DNA of 64,000 nucleotides from Oculatellaceae cyanobacterium bins.114 (GTDB lineage: Bacteria > Cyanobacteriota > Cyanobacteriia > Elainellales > Elainellaceae). Within the stretch, counting starts at the first letter, position 1, and the number at the start of each line of letters is the position of its first letter. Shown here piece by piece: positions 1 through 10,557 of this stretch. The stretch is taken from assembly GCA_033764315.1 (NCBI GenBank), contig JANRJA010000203.1, positions 54,385 through 118,384 of the forward strand, written 5' to 3'. Made by a program: the position numbers and the translations under genes. The notes under the pieces were generated by a model. That model searched no databases, had not been told where the DNA came from, and was given only the letters and a program-made list of their open reading frames with translations.

Positions 1-13
1 GGAGGAGGAACAT
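1..13 (-). CDS. Possible 5' end of a gene running off the left edge (M-F-L-L...)
   Basis: Minus-strand ATG at 13 preceded by AGGAG (24-20); only 4 codons visible. Confidence 0.3.
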
Positions 14-305
14 TGATAGCTCCTATCCTAAGGTAGCTCAGTTTTGTCAGATTCAAGGCAAGGGCTGAAGGCTTTGCCACCCGTCTCAGTTGCACCCTGT
101 CAAAGAGGAAATTTCTTTCCAGGCTTGATTCACTGAGCCTCTTTGGCTTCGCACTCAGCCCTATCCAGCTTTAGCTCGTAGGCGTTGCTAAACACAGAGA
201 TGATCTCGTTGATTAAGACAACCGCTGATCAAGACAGCAAGGGAGGTTTCGCAAAACGCCCTGAGATTTTATACAGTTGATCAGCAACGCTCACTCTTGA
301 CCTAT

Positions 306-692
306 TTAATCGCCACAGTAGACGATCAAATCGATCTCGACGTCACCCAATCCAGCTAGAGCGGTGACTCCAACGGTGGTGCGGCACGGTAACCGAGTTG
401 GGTCAAAGTAGGAGGCATAAATTTCATTCACCGTTGGAAAAAATCGAAAATCGGTGACAAAAATTCGTGCCATGACGACCCGGTTAAAGCTTGTCTCAGC
501 GTGGTCTAAAACCAACTTGAGATTGTCCATAACCCGTCGCGTCTGTTCATCAATGGAACCGCGCACGATCTGCCCCGTGGCCGGATCTTCTGCTAATTGA
601 CCCGTGACAAACAAAAAACCTCCGGCTCGGACAGCATGAGAATAGGGGGCAACAGCGGGCAAGACGTCGTCGGGTAAGGTGATATATTCCAA
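306..692 (-). CDS. RidA/YjgF/UK114 family protein
   Basis: 128 aa; APYSHAV, FVTGQL, VNEIYASYF, PCRTTVGV and DVEID motifs; TTG start. Confidence 0.9.
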   Translation of the reverse strand: MEYITLPDDVLPAVAPYSHAVRAGGFLFVTGQLAEDPATGQIVRGSIDEQTRRVMDNLKLVLDHAETSFNRVVMARIFVTDFRFFPTVNEIYASYFDPTRLPCRTTVGVTALAGLGDVEIDLIVYCGD

Positions 693-718
693 ATTTATTG
701 CTCCTGAAAGACTAGTCC

Positions 719-732
719 GTAAAGAACCATAC
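719..732. promoter_or_regulatory. Candidate NtcA box between divergent RidA and amidohydrolase genes
   Basis: GTA-AAGAACCA-TAC matches GTA-N8-TAC. Confidence 0.45.
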
Positions 733-831
733 GAATAGGTTCTCGACAGTACAATCTATCGTGAGGAGTTCAGTTGACACTGTGATTCTTCATGCTGAAT
801 GGCACATTAAAAACTTGTTGGGGGAGATCTG

Positions 832-2244
832 GTGAGCTACACAATTCAAAACGCGATCGTTCCAGTTGAGGCAGGATATAACACTGTTGATGTGCAGATT
901 GAGGGCGATCGCATTATTGCCATTGCCCCCCACCTTGAGCCAAACGGTACTGTGATCGATGGGCGAGACAAGCTCTTATTACCCGGATTTGTGAATGCTC
1001 ACACTCACTCATCTGAAATGTGGCAGCGAGGCTTGATTCCACCGCGACCTTTAGAACTGTGGCTAGGAGAGTTGCATGATTTTGCCCCGGTCGCTCCAGA
1101 GCAGGTTTATCTGGCTGCACTGGGAACAGCAGTTGAAACGCTGCTATCAGGGGGGACAACCGTGGTCGATCACTTAGTTTTGATTCCCGGACAGGAGAAG
1201 GAGTCGATCGCCGCTGCTGTTCGAGCTTATCAAGAAGTCGGCATTCGCGTATTCTTGGGGCCTCTGATTCAAGATGAGCCGTTGAGTGCGGGTATGCCGT
1301 CTGGCAAGTATGAGATTAAGCATGAGCCATCTGGCTGGAGCACCGAAACGGTACTTGATTTGATGCATGACACGGTGAAGAAATTTCATCACCCTGAGCA
1401 GGGCGTCAATATTATGGTGGCTCCTACCGGAATTCAGCTCTGCTCAGATCAGCTATTTGAGGGGTGTATCGAGTTGAGCGATCGCCATCAGTTGTGTCGT
1501 CATACCCATCTGCTCGAAACCAAAGCGCAACACATGCTGGCTTACGAGAAATATGGGTGTACAGCGGTGCAGCACTTAAAGCACCTTGGCTTTCTCAGTT
1601 CTCGCACCTCTCTGGCTCACTGTGTCTGGCTAGAGGATGCTGACATTCCCATCTTGGCAGAGACCCAATCAACCGTAGTGCACAACCCCCTCAGCAACCT
1701 GCGTTTGGGGAGTGGCATCGCCCCTGTCTTAAAATATCGTCAAGCCGGAGTCAACGTAACGTTTGGGTGTGATGGCTCTGCCAGCAATGACTCTCAAGAC
1801 TTGTTAGAGGCCATTAAGCTTGGCACCATTCTCCACAACGTCACTGATCGCGATTACTACCACTGGATCACCCCTCGACAAGCCATCGAAATGGCGGCTC
1901 TGGGTGGAGCAACAGGCTTAGGCATGGCAGACCAAATGGGATCACTGACGGTAGGCAAAAAAGCTGACCTGGTTTTATATGACCTCAAGAGTTTGTCACT
2001 GTTGCCCCGCACTGACCCGATTGGCTTACTCGTGTTGGGCCGACCGATCGCCGTTCACAGTGTGTGGGTTCATGGCAAAGCCGTGGTCACAAATGGCACG
2101 GTCACAACGATTGATGTGCCCCAACTGCAACAAACCCTGTTTGACAAAAGCGAATGGCAGACTACGCGGCGATCGCCCTCTATGCAAGACATGGAAATGC
2201 ACTATCGCCATGTCATGGGGTTAACTCCCACGAGTGAAAATTGA
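832..2244 (+). CDS. Metal-dependent amidohydrolase (AtzA/TrzA/guanine deaminase-like)
   Basis: PGFVNAHTH, HTHLLET, SLAHCVW, HNPLSNLRLGSG, GCDG and GKKADLV motifs. Confidence 0.88.
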   Translation: MSYTIQNAIVPVEAGYNTVDVQIEGDRIIAIAPHLEPNGTVIDGRDKLLLPGFVNAHTHSSEMWQRGLIPPRPLELWLGELHDFAPVAPEQVYLAALGTAVETLLSGGTTVVDHLVLIPGQEKESIAAAVRAYQEVGIRVFLGPLIQDEPLSAGMPSGKYEIKHEPSGWSTETVLDLMHDTVKKFHHPEQGVNIMVAPTGIQLCSDQLFEGCIELSDRHQLCRHTHLLETKAQHMLAYEKYGCTAVQHLKHLGFLSSRTSLAHCVWLEDADIPILAETQSTVVHNPLSNLRLGSGIAPVLKYRQAGVNVTFGCDGSASNDSQDLLEAIKLGTILHNVTDRDYYHWITPRQAIEMAALGGATGLGMADQMGSLTVGKKADLVLYDLKSLSLLPRTDPIGLLVLGRPIAVHSVWVHGKAVVTNGTVTTIDVPQLQQTLFDKSEWQTTRRSPSMQDMEMHYRHVMGLTPTSEN

Positions 2245-2353
2245 AAAAGAAATTTGATTTTCTCTCTTCTTTTTTCGCCTCTCTCAGCCTCTCTTCCTCC
2301 TCACGATAGAATTAAACCTGGGATCTTCAGAGGAACCTGAGGCAACAGCAGAC

Positions 2354-3094
2354 ATGATTGAAACCTTCCGACTCTGGCTCTATGGGCTAGAACAGTTCGC
2401 TAATGGGCAAGTAGCCGCTCAGTTGACTCACCTGACTCCATTAAGTGTGGGGATCATTTTTGTGGCTGGGTTGCTCACCAGTCTCACCCCTTGCATGTTG
2501 TCGATGTTACCGATCACGATTGGCTATATCGGCGGCTATGAGGCAACCAGTCGAGTTCGAGCAGCCGCACAATCGACCTGGTTTTCTCTGGGCTTGGCAA
2601 CGACTCTGGCGATATTGGGCATTGTGGCAGCGATCGCAGGCAAGTTATATGGGCAAGTGGGCATAGGTCTACCAATTGTCGTCAGTGTTGTGTCGATTCT
2701 CATGGGACTCAATTTGTTAGAGGCATTGCCCTTACAGTTGCCGTCATTTACTGGGTTAGGGTTCATCCCCCAAAATGCTCCTGAAGGGGTGAGATCCTAT
2801 CTGTTAGGTCTCACCTTTGGATTGGTAGCATCCCCCTGTAGCACCCCAGTATTAGCAACGTTGCTGGCGTGGGTTTCCACCACTCACAATCCCGTATTAG
2901 GAGGGGCCATGCTGCTGTCTTATACGGCGGGTTACGTTGCTCCCCTAATCCTGGCAGGGACGTTTACGGCTTCGATTAAAAAGATTTTAGAGCTGCGGCG
3001 TTGGTCAGGTTGGATCACCCCTACCAGTGGCGCGTTATTGGTCGGATTTGGCGTGTTTTCTCTCCTGTTTCGGCTGTTTCCTACAGGGGTTTAA
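2354..3094 (+). CDS. ccdA: Cytochrome c biogenesis protein CcdA
   Basis: Multi-TM protein with TPCMLSMLP and SPCSTPVL cysteines; adjacent to ccs1. Confidence 0.93.
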   Translation: MIETFRLWLYGLEQFANGQVAAQLTHLTPLSVGIIFVAGLLTSLTPCMLSMLPITIGYIGGYEATSRVRAAAQSTWFSLGLATTLAILGIVAAIAGKLYGQVGIGLPIVVSVVSILMGLNLLEALPLQLPSFTGLGFIPQNAPEGVRSYLLGLTFGLVASPCSTPVLATLLAWVSTTHNPVLGGAMLLSYTAGYVAPLILAGTFTASIKKILELRRWSGWITPTSGALLVGFGVFSLLFRLFPTGV

Positions 3095-3204
3095 CGAAAT
3101 TTCAATTCCAACGGACGCAATGAATCGCTTTCTTCCACACTTAAAATTCAGTACAGACGCGATTAATCGCGTCTCTTCGGCTCAAAATTTCTAACTGCCT
3201 CTCC

Positions 3205-4599
3205 ATGATTCCAGACACTCCAGAGACTCCAACCCCATCCCGTCTGTCTAGCTTCAACCAGTTGATTCAGCATTACTTTCAAAAAGAATTGCTGCCTCTT
3301 CTGGCAGACTTACGGTTAGCGATTTTGTTGCTGTTGGCGATCGCCATTTTTAGTATCTCTGGCACGGTCATTGAGCAGGGCGAAACCCTGGAATTTTATC
3401 AAACCAACTACCCCGAACACCCAGCCCTGTTTGGCTTTCTCACCTGGAAGCTGATTTTGATGGTGGGGCTAGACCACGTCTATCGCACCTGGTGGTTTCT
3501 GGCTTTGTTGATTTTGTTTGGCTCTAGCTTGACGGCTTGCACATTTACCCGCCAGTTTCCAACGCTGAAGTCGGCACAACGCTGGAGCTATTACACCCAA
3601 CCCCGACAATTTGAGAAGCTGGCATTGAGTGCTGAATTGCCGGATGGCTCTGTGGATGCCGTATTGCCGCTGTTGGCGGGTAAACGCTATCGCACCTATC
3701 ACGAGGGAGACACGATTTACGCCCGCAAGGGCATTGCCGGACGGATTGGGCCAATTATCGTTCATGCCAGCATGTTGATTATTTTGGCAGGGTCGATTTT
3801 AGGAGCCATGACAGGCTTTTTTGCCCAAGAGATGGTGCCCAGCTACGAAACCTTTAAGGTGCAACACGTCTTTGATGCGGGGCCGTGGGCAGCGGCTCAG
3901 ATTCCCAAAGATTGGTCTGCAAAGGTCAATCGGTTTTGGATTGATTACACCCCTAACGGCACGATTGACCAGTTTTATTCTGACCTCTCCATCCTGGATG
4001 CAGAAGGCAATGAAGTAAAACGCAAAACCATTCATGTGAATGAGCCATTGCGCTATCACGGGGTGACTTTATATCAAGCCGATTGGGCGATCGCCGCTGT
4101 GCGAGTGCGGTTTAACAACAGCCCAGTGCTGCAATTGCCAATGGCAAAACTGGACGTTGGCAGTGGGCGGGTCTGGGGCACCTGGATTCCGACCAAGCCG
4201 GATCTGAGCGAAGGTGTCTCGTTATTAGCCAAAGATCTCCAGGGCACGGTCTTGATCTACGATAACAACGGCAATCTGCTCTCAACTGTGCGCGAAGGGA
4301 TGACCCTTGAGGTCAATGGCGTAACGCTCTCAGTGGTTGAGTTGATCGGCAGCACCGGGTTGCAAATTAAGGCAGATCCTGGCATTCCCATTGTCTATTT
4401 GGGGTTTGGATTGCTGATGCTGGGAGTCGCCATGAGTTATGTCTCTCATTCCCAGATTTGGGCATTGCAATCGGGCGATCGCCTTTACATTGGAGGCAGA
4501 ACGAATCGAGCACAGGTTGTGTTTGAGCGCGAAATGCTGGACATTTTAGATCAGCTTGACCATCCTTTGAATTCCTCTCAACCCACCCAACCATCATGA
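3205..4599 (+). CDS. ccs1: Cytochrome c biogenesis protein Ccs1/CcsB (ResB-like)
   Basis: [35 protein letters not shown] and QIKADPG motifs. Confidence 0.93.
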   Translation: MIPDTPETPTPSRLSSFNQLIQHYFQKELLPLLADLRLAILLLLAIAIFSISGTVIEQGETLEFYQTNYPEHPALFGFLTWKLILMVGLDHVYRTWWFLALLILFGSSLTACTFTRQFPTLKSAQRWSYYTQPRQFEKLALSAELPDGSVDAVLPLLAGKRYRTYHEGDTIYARKGIAGRIGPIIVHASMLIILAGSILGAMTGFFAQEMVPSYETFKVQHVFDAGPWAAAQIPKDWSAKVNRFWIDYTPNGTIDQFYSDLSILDAEGNEVKRKTIHVNEPLRYHGVTLYQADWAIAAVRVRFNNSPVLQLPMAKLDVGSGRVWGTWIPTKPDLSEGVSLLAKDLQGTVLIYDNNGNLLSTVREGMTLEVNGVTLSVVELIGSTGLQIKADPGIPIVYLGFGLLMLGVAMSYVSHSQIWALQSGDRLYIGGRTNRAQVVFEREMLDILDQLDHPLNSSQPTQPS

Positions 4600-5204
4600 C
4601 CAACCCTGATCCCGAGATTCGCCGTTTAATCGAGTTAATGCCTGCATCAGGGCGAATGCACTGCAAACTCGTCAGCAAACCAGAGCAATCCACTGTGATC
4701 ACCGCTGAGTTTCCGGTGCCCTGGAAACAAACTCGCCCAATTGTGATTAACTTTGACCTGTGGCGAGAAATGCCTCGTCCGCAGCGAGATTTAGTGCTGT
4801 TGCGAACGGTGAGTTGGCTGATGTCTGTTAAGTGGCTAAAGATTAATCCTGCTAGTGGGTTAGTCGCCGCTGGTGTGGTCGGCACCGTGTTTGAGCTGGT
4901 ACAAGTTGACATGGTGGGGGCGATCGCCGCTGGAGCACTGACCACCCTCGCAGGCTTGCAAGTCTGGCGCAGCCACCGCAGCACCCAACGCGAACTAGAA
5001 GCCGACGAAGCCGCTGTGCAGATAGCATTGCGACGCGGATATTCTGAGTCAGACGCCGCACGGCACTTGCTCAGCGCAATCGAAGCCATTGCCCGCATTG
5101 AGGAACGCCCCGGCACCTTTACCGAACTCGTGCGCTGTCAAAACCTCAAAGCGATCGCTGGGTTATCTCCCGTGGGTGTGCCCCAATCAGTGCGGAGCGA
5201 GTAA
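4596..5204 (+). CDS. Conserved cyanobacterial membrane protein (DUF3318-like)
   Basis: [16 protein letters not shown]-terminus, 2 TM segments, [12 protein letters not shown] overlap with ccs1. Confidence 0.75.
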   Translation: MTNPDPEIRRLIELMPASGRMHCKLVSKPEQSTVITAEFPVPWKQTRPIVINFDLWREMPRPQRDLVLLRTVSWLMSVKWLKINPASGLVAAGVVGTVFELVQVDMVGAIAAGALTTLAGLQVWRSHRSTQRELEADEAAVQIALRRGYSESDAARHLLSAIEAIARIEERPGTFTELVRCQNLKAIAGLSPVGVPQSVRSE

Positions 5205-5621
5205 GTAAGAAACAATAAAAAAGAAGAGAAAAAATGAATCTAATACCGATCTAAACGGATTTTTGGGCAGATCAAAGTTTAGGAGGGGCTTGGCAGTGTC
5301 AAGCCCGTACCAGGATCTGTCGCGTTTACAATTCAAATTGGTATGCTGACGACATAGGAGAGCATATCCAGTTTTTTTGGATCAGCCCAAGGGTTGTCGT
5401 CACTCATCTTGCCTTCTGAATTAGCAATACGTAACGCGATTGATAACCGCATCCTAGCCATTAACCCTCTTCTTTTTTCATCCTTTAGCCTTCATCCTTT
5501 AGCCTTTTCTATTCTCAACTTCCCTTTTTTTATGCTTAAAGAGCAGTCAAAACAGAACATTTAATGCGATAAATAAGCCAAGGCTCGACAACATCATCCA
5601 TCGACAAAGGCAACAAGGGAT

Positions 5622-8600
5622 TTGTATCCCTTGGAGTATGGTCACTTCATGGTTCTCAGTTTCGACCGATCCAATCTACTGCGAGGAGTTGCCCAAGCTA
5701 CCAGTCAACTCCTGACCAGCAGCGACTTTACGATCGCCATTCACAATGCCCTCGCGACACTAGGGCAGGTGACTCAAGTCGATCGCATCTACATTTGTGA
5801 TATTCATCCCCATCCCCTAACTGGAGAACCAGCATCAAGTCAGCAGTTTGAGTGGGTGCATGAGTCAGTTCCGGCGTTGATCGATAACCCCAACCTACAA
5901 GATTGGACGTTTACCGTTGGTCGGTTTATCGACTGGCTCAAGACATTACAGGCCGGAGAGACGGTCAGTTGCATCATCCGAGAACTATGCCCGGATGAGT
6001 TAGACCATATGCCCGTTCAGGATGTCTACTCTATTTTGATCGTCCCTATTTTTGTCAACGGCAACCTGTGGGGCTTCATTGGGTTTGATGATTGCAACCG
6101 CGAGCGTCAGTGGTCTAAAGACGAAGAAGCCGTCTTGCAAACGATGGCAGCTAGCATTGGTGGGGCGATCGCCCGTCAACAGGTTGAAATGGCTTTGCGG
6201 CAAAGCGAAGCCCAACTCCAACGGATCACCGCCAATGTTCCAGGCATGATCTATCAGTTTTTGTTAAAGCCCGATGGCACCCGACAAGTTTTGTTTGCCA
6301 GTTCTGGTTGCCAAGAATTGCTGGAATTATCGCCAGAGTTCATTCAGAGCGACTTTTGCCACATTGCCGATCTGTGTCACCCAGACGATCGCCTGGGGTT
6401 TGAGCAATCTGTCACTCACTCTAGTAACACGATGCAGCCCTGGAATTGGGAAGGACGAATTATCACAGCATCAGGAGAATTAAAATGGCTCCAGGGATTT
6501 TCACGTCCAGAGCGGTTATCGAATGGCAATCTCTTATGGGATGGGGTGCTGGTTGATATCACCGAGCGCAAGCGAGTTGAGGAAGCCTCCCGTCACAGTG
6601 AGTTGCGCTATCGAGCCATGTTGGATGCTAGCCCAGATTTAATGTTTCGGCTAAGCATGAATGGTCGATATCTCGACTTTAAAGGCAGTCGCGAAACCGA
6701 TATGCCCCGTGAGGTGATCGTCGGGCAATATTTACATGATGTGTTGCCCCTCGATGTCGCAGAGTTAGCCTTGCAAACCATTCGCAAAACCCTAGCAACA
6801 GGCGAGTTGCAAATCTGTGAATATCAACTCCTCAATGACAAGGGTTGGCGCGATTATGAAGCCCGTCTGGTTGTCAGCGGTAAAGATGAGGTGCTTGCAG
6901 TAGTGCGCGATGTCACCGATCGCAAACAAGTTGAGGCAGAGTTACGGGCTAGCGAAGAGCGTCTTCAAAGCTTTTTTGAAGCCACCTCTGAGGCGGTGAT
7001 CATCCATGATTTTGACCAAATTTTAGACGTCAACCCCTCCGCAGAAGCGATGGTGGGCTATAGTTGCCAAGAACTAATTGGCATGCCTGTTCTCGATCTG
7101 GTGGCTCCTGACTTTCGAGAGGGGGTAATCCAAGAATGGCGATCGCTCACCTCTCCCGATCAACCCTACTATTACGAAAGTGTCGGCATTCGCAAAAACG
7201 GCTCGACCTTTTTAGCCTCGGTGTGTGCCAAAGCTCTGTTTTATCGAGGACGCCAAGTGCGGGTTGCGGGCATTCGCGATATTACAGAACGCAAACAAGC
7301 CGAAGCCGCTATTCTGCAAAGTGAAGCTCGTAATCGGGCGTTGGTCAATGCCATTCCTGACTTGATGTTTTTGATTCATCGCGATGGCACCTACCTAGAT
7401 TGCAAAGTAGACGACGATAACACCTCCCTGTTACCTGCCCATGAGCTGATTGGACGGACAGTCTATGATGTCTTGCCGCCGGACTTAGCCCAGCAACGCA
7501 TGGCCTACATCGAGCAAGCACTCAAAACAGGTAAAATGCAACGCTTTGAGTATCAGCTACATCTCGATGGCAGCGATCGCGCTAGTTCTCTTTACCGTTC
7601 AATCAGTCCCAATTTGTCTCCGACAACCACAGACGAGGCTCATATCCGCGACTATGAAGCACGAGTCGTGGTCAGTGGAGAAGATGAAGCCTTAGCGATC
7701 GTGCGAGATATTACGGAACGCAAACGCTCTGAAGCCGCCCTGCAAACCTCTGAAGAAAAATTTTCTAAAGCGTTTCGCTCTAGCCCCAATCCTATGACGA
7801 TCGCCACCTTGCACGAGGGTCTCCTGATTGAGGTAAATGATAGCTATATCGAAACCTTAGGGTATTCCCGCGAAGAGTCATTGGGAAAAACTGCCCATGA
7901 TTTGCAGTTGTGGGTCAACCGCAGCGATCGCGATCAAGTGGTGCACCTTTTAACCCAACATGGATCAGTGCGGAGCTTAGAGTTTCTCTTTCGGGTTAAG
8001 TCAGGCGACATTCGCATTGGGCTATTCTCAGCAGAAATCATTCAAATCGAGGATGAGATGTGTCTGATCGATTCCATCATCGACATCACCGAACGCCAAC
8101 GCTCTGAAGAACGGGATCGGCTGCTGGCAGAAATTGCCCTGCGGATTCACCAATCGCTTGATCTGCAACAAATTTTCAACACCACCGTGGCCGAGGTGCG
8201 CCAATTTCTGCAAGCCGATCGGGTGTTTATTGGGCAATTTGATGTTTCAGGCAACGGGCATGTGGTGGCTGAGTCAGGCAACCCCAATTTTTCGTCAGTA
8301 CGCGATTGGGTGATTGATCAAGCGGCTTATGAAGAAATTAAAACCGTGTATCTTCAGGGCAGTTTTATCATTAATGACGTCACCCAAATTGACCTGCCAC
8401 CGAGTGCTAAACATGCCTTTGAGCACTATCAGACCCGCGCCACATTAGGGGTGCCGATCGTCTCAGAAGGTCGATTGTTTGGGGCAATCGTAGCCCACCA
8501 ATGTGGGGTTCCCCGTGAGTGGCAAGCCTTTGAAGTGAACTTAATGGAACAATTGGCCACCCAAGTGGCGATCGCCATTCAACAGGCACAACTGTATCAG

Positions 8601-9413
8601 CAAGTGCAAGACCTCAACACTGGACTCGAACAACAAGTAGCCGATCGCACTGCTCAGTTGCAGCAAAAAATGCAGGAACTGCAAGATCTCAACGACCTAA
8701 AAGACGAGTTTCTCAATGCTTTCTCCCACGACTTAAAAACCCCGGTCATGGGCATTTCTCTAGTGCTCAAAAATTTGCTGAATCAAGCAGGGGATCCGAT
8801 GCCGATTTCGCGCTCTATTTTAGAACGCATGATGCAGAGCAGCGAGCACCAACTGCACTTGATTACCTCTCTGTTGCAAGCGCACTCCAGTGAAACCAGA
8901 GGCGTGACGTTGCATTATGAACTGGTGCAACTGAGCCTGTTGACCCAAGTGATCGTTGAAGATCTAGAACCCATCATTCTCAAAAATCAAGCCACGTTTA
9001 CTAATCAAGTACCCCCCAACTTGCCGCTGGTCAATGCTGACCCCGTGCATCTGCGGCGGGTGTTTGAAAATTTGATTACGAATGCGTTGCACCATAACCC
9101 CCCCGGCATTCACATCACCCTCGATGCCACCTCAGAAGAAGAGATGGTGCGCTTTACGCTACATGACACGGGCATGGGCATGACTAAGGACGTGTGCGAT
9201 CGCCTCTTTCAACGCTATACCCGTGGTCCAAAGTCACGGCATTCCACTGGAATTGGCTTGGGGCTATATCTCTGTCGCCAAATCATCACCGCTCACGGCG
9301 GCGAAATCGGAGCCTATAGCACTCCAGGTCAGGGGTCAACCTTTTGGCTGACACTACCTTTGGCGATTCCTTCAGTTGCTCAACCTAATGCGGCGCGACA
9401 GGATGAAGCATAG
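5622..9413 (+). CDS. Multi-sensor histidine kinase (GAF, about 5 PAS, GAF, HisKA, HATPase)
   Basis: Repeated DITERK PAS ends; FSHDLKTP H-box; ENLITNA, DTGMG and GIGLGL boxes; start uncertain (TTG 5622 or ATG 5649). Confidence 0.92.
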   Translation: MYPLEYGHFMVLSFDRSNLLRGVAQATSQLLTSSDFTIAIHNALATLGQVTQVDRIYICDIHPHPLTGEPASSQQFEWVHESVPALIDNPNLQDWTFTVGRFIDWLKTLQAGETVSCIIRELCPDELDHMPVQDVYSILIVPIFVNGNLWGFIGFDDCNRERQWSKDEEAVLQTMAASIGGAIARQQVEMALRQSEAQLQRITANVPGMIYQFLLKPDGTRQVLFASSGCQELLELSPEFIQSDFCHIADLCHPDDRLGFEQSVTHSSNTMQPWNWEGRIITASGELKWLQGFSRPERLSNGNLLWDGVLVDITERKRVEEASRHSELRYRAMLDASPDLMFRLSMNGRYLDFKGSRETDMPREVIVGQYLHDVLPLDVAELALQTIRKTLATGELQICEYQLLNDKGWRDYEARLVVSGKDEVLAVVRDVTDRKQVEAELRASEERLQSFFEATSEAVIIHDFDQILDVNPSAEAMVGYSCQELIGMPVLDLVAPDFREGVIQEWRSLTSPDQPYYYESVGIRKNGSTFLASVCAKALFYRGRQVRVAGIRDITERKQAEAAILQSEARNRALVNAIPDLMFLIHRDGTYLDCKVDDDNTSLLPAHELIGRTVYDVLPPDLAQQRMAYIEQALKTGKMQRFEYQLHLDGSDRASSLYRSISPNLSPTTTDEAHIRDYEARVVVSGEDEALAIVRDITERKRSEAALQTSEEKFSKAFRSSPNPMTIATLHEGLLIEVNDSYIETLGYSREESLGKTAHDLQLWVNRSDRDQVVHLLTQHGSVRSLEFLFRVKSGDIRIGLFSAEIIQIEDEMCLIDSIIDITERQRSEERDRLLAEIALRIHQSLDLQQIFNTTVAEVRQFLQADRVFIGQFDVSGNGHVVAESGNPNFSSVRDWVIDQAAYEEIKTVYLQGSFIINDVTQIDLPPSAKHAFEHYQTRATLGVPIVSEGRLFGAIVAHQCGVPREWQAFEVNLMEQLATQVAIAIQQAQLYQQVQDLNTGLEQQVADRTAQLQQKMQELQDLNDLKDEFLNAFSHDLKTPVMGISLVLKNLLNQAGDPMPISRSILERMMQSSEHQLHLITSLLQAHSSETRGVTLHYELVQLSLLTQVIVEDLEPIILKNQATFTNQVPPNLPLVNADPVHLRRVFENLITNALHHNPPGIHITLDATSEEEMVRFTLHDTGMGMTKDVCDRLFQRYTRGPKSRHSTGIGLGLYLCRQIITAHGGEIGAYSTPGQGSTFWLTLPLAIPSVAQPNAARQDEA

Positions 9414-9585
9414 GAAGCCAGGGAAGTGGGTAGCAGGCTTCCGCCATCTGCAAGGAAGGGTTAGAAGCACACCTCAATCCCCTGAGTTAAGGTTGAGCGA
9501 TTAACATTTCAGAAATGGCGAGACCTGACGTGAATTAAATGGTAGAGATTTAGCCATGACACATGCAACATGTGTTTAGACGGGT

Positions 9586-10200
9586 ATGTTAAATGTTCAA
9601 ATCCGCCGATCGCACCCGGACGATTTAGACAAAATTCTTGAAGTCCAGACCGCTGCGCTGAGAGCCTTATCGTTTACCTACGATTCTACTCAGGTGGAGT
9701 CTCTCGTGCGGAGTCAGGCAACAGCTCGAACAGCAGAAGACGAAATCAGGGTGATTGCAGAATATGAGGGAGAATTGATTGGATATGCCGCAATTATGGC
9801 GTTGAAGCCTCAGATTTCTGGGATCTATGTCGATCCGAGATTTGTCAGGCAAGGAGTAGGCAGCCAACTACTAGAGGCGATTGAGCACATTGGGATTGAG
9901 CGTGGATATGCCATCGTGAACGTTATCTCATCCCTGGCAACAGTCGATTTTTACAAAGCTAGAGGATACCAAAATCCTTTGACAACTGGTTTTTATTCAG
10001 AGCAAAAGCATTGGATCCGCTGTGTCAGCTTGCAAAAACAACTGATCAACATCCCAAAAGTTAAACGGTGGCGTCAACATTCCCATCGCTGGCTGAGTGG
10101 GCTAAAAGCAATCATGGTTTGGCTCCTGTTTCAAGTAGCCGTCATAGCGATCGCCTCTCTCGTTCTGTTTCTGATCTTTGCTATCCTCGTTCTCTTTTGA
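9586..10200 (+). CDS. GNAT family N-acetyltransferase with C-terminal hydrophobic tail
   Basis: IYVDPRFVRQGVGSQLL and FYKARGY motifs. Confidence 0.82.
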   Translation: MLNVQIRRSHPDDLDKILEVQTAALRALSFTYDSTQVESLVRSQATARTAEDEIRVIAEYEGELIGYAAIMALKPQISGIYVDPRFVRQGVGSQLLEAIEHIGIERGYAIVNVISSLATVDFYKARGYQNPLTTGFYSEQKHWIRCVSLQKQLINIPKVKRWRQHSHRWLSGLKAIMVWLLFQVAVIAIASLVLFLIFAILVLF

Positions 10201-10557
10201 GATTGCCATTCTTGGCGGCACCCCTATCTATAAACCTTGCCCCATAAATAAAGCTTCACAACAATATTCTGGTTTTTGCCCAACAGTAGTGGTAGTACAA
10301 AATGAATCCATCAAGATGGGCAGAAGACTGAGTGTAATCCCAATCCGGCTGATGCAATATCACCCAAGAATCGGTTAGAACGGGGTGCACCCCTGGCTAG
10401 GGCTTTGCCCCCAAACCTCCTCAGATCAACTGTCTTGACAGTTGCTATAGCGACATCAGGAGAGTCAAACCAAATAATTTTGTGTAAGCAATTTAATCGC
10501 CTCTGTTAAGTGGGCAAACTAAAAACACGAACAATCCTTACTGGACTGGAGTAATCC

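Noticed and set aside
4367..5116. 249-aa minus-strand ORF
   Set aside because: Antisense shadow of ccs1 and the DUF3318-like gene, with no recognisable motifs.
5478..5510. Heptamer-type tandem repeats here and at about 22503-22533, 25494-25640 and 32326-32430; 17-bp duplication at about 29619-29652
   Set aside because: Ordinary STRR-type or slippage repeats of filamentous cyanobacteria, with no further structure seen.
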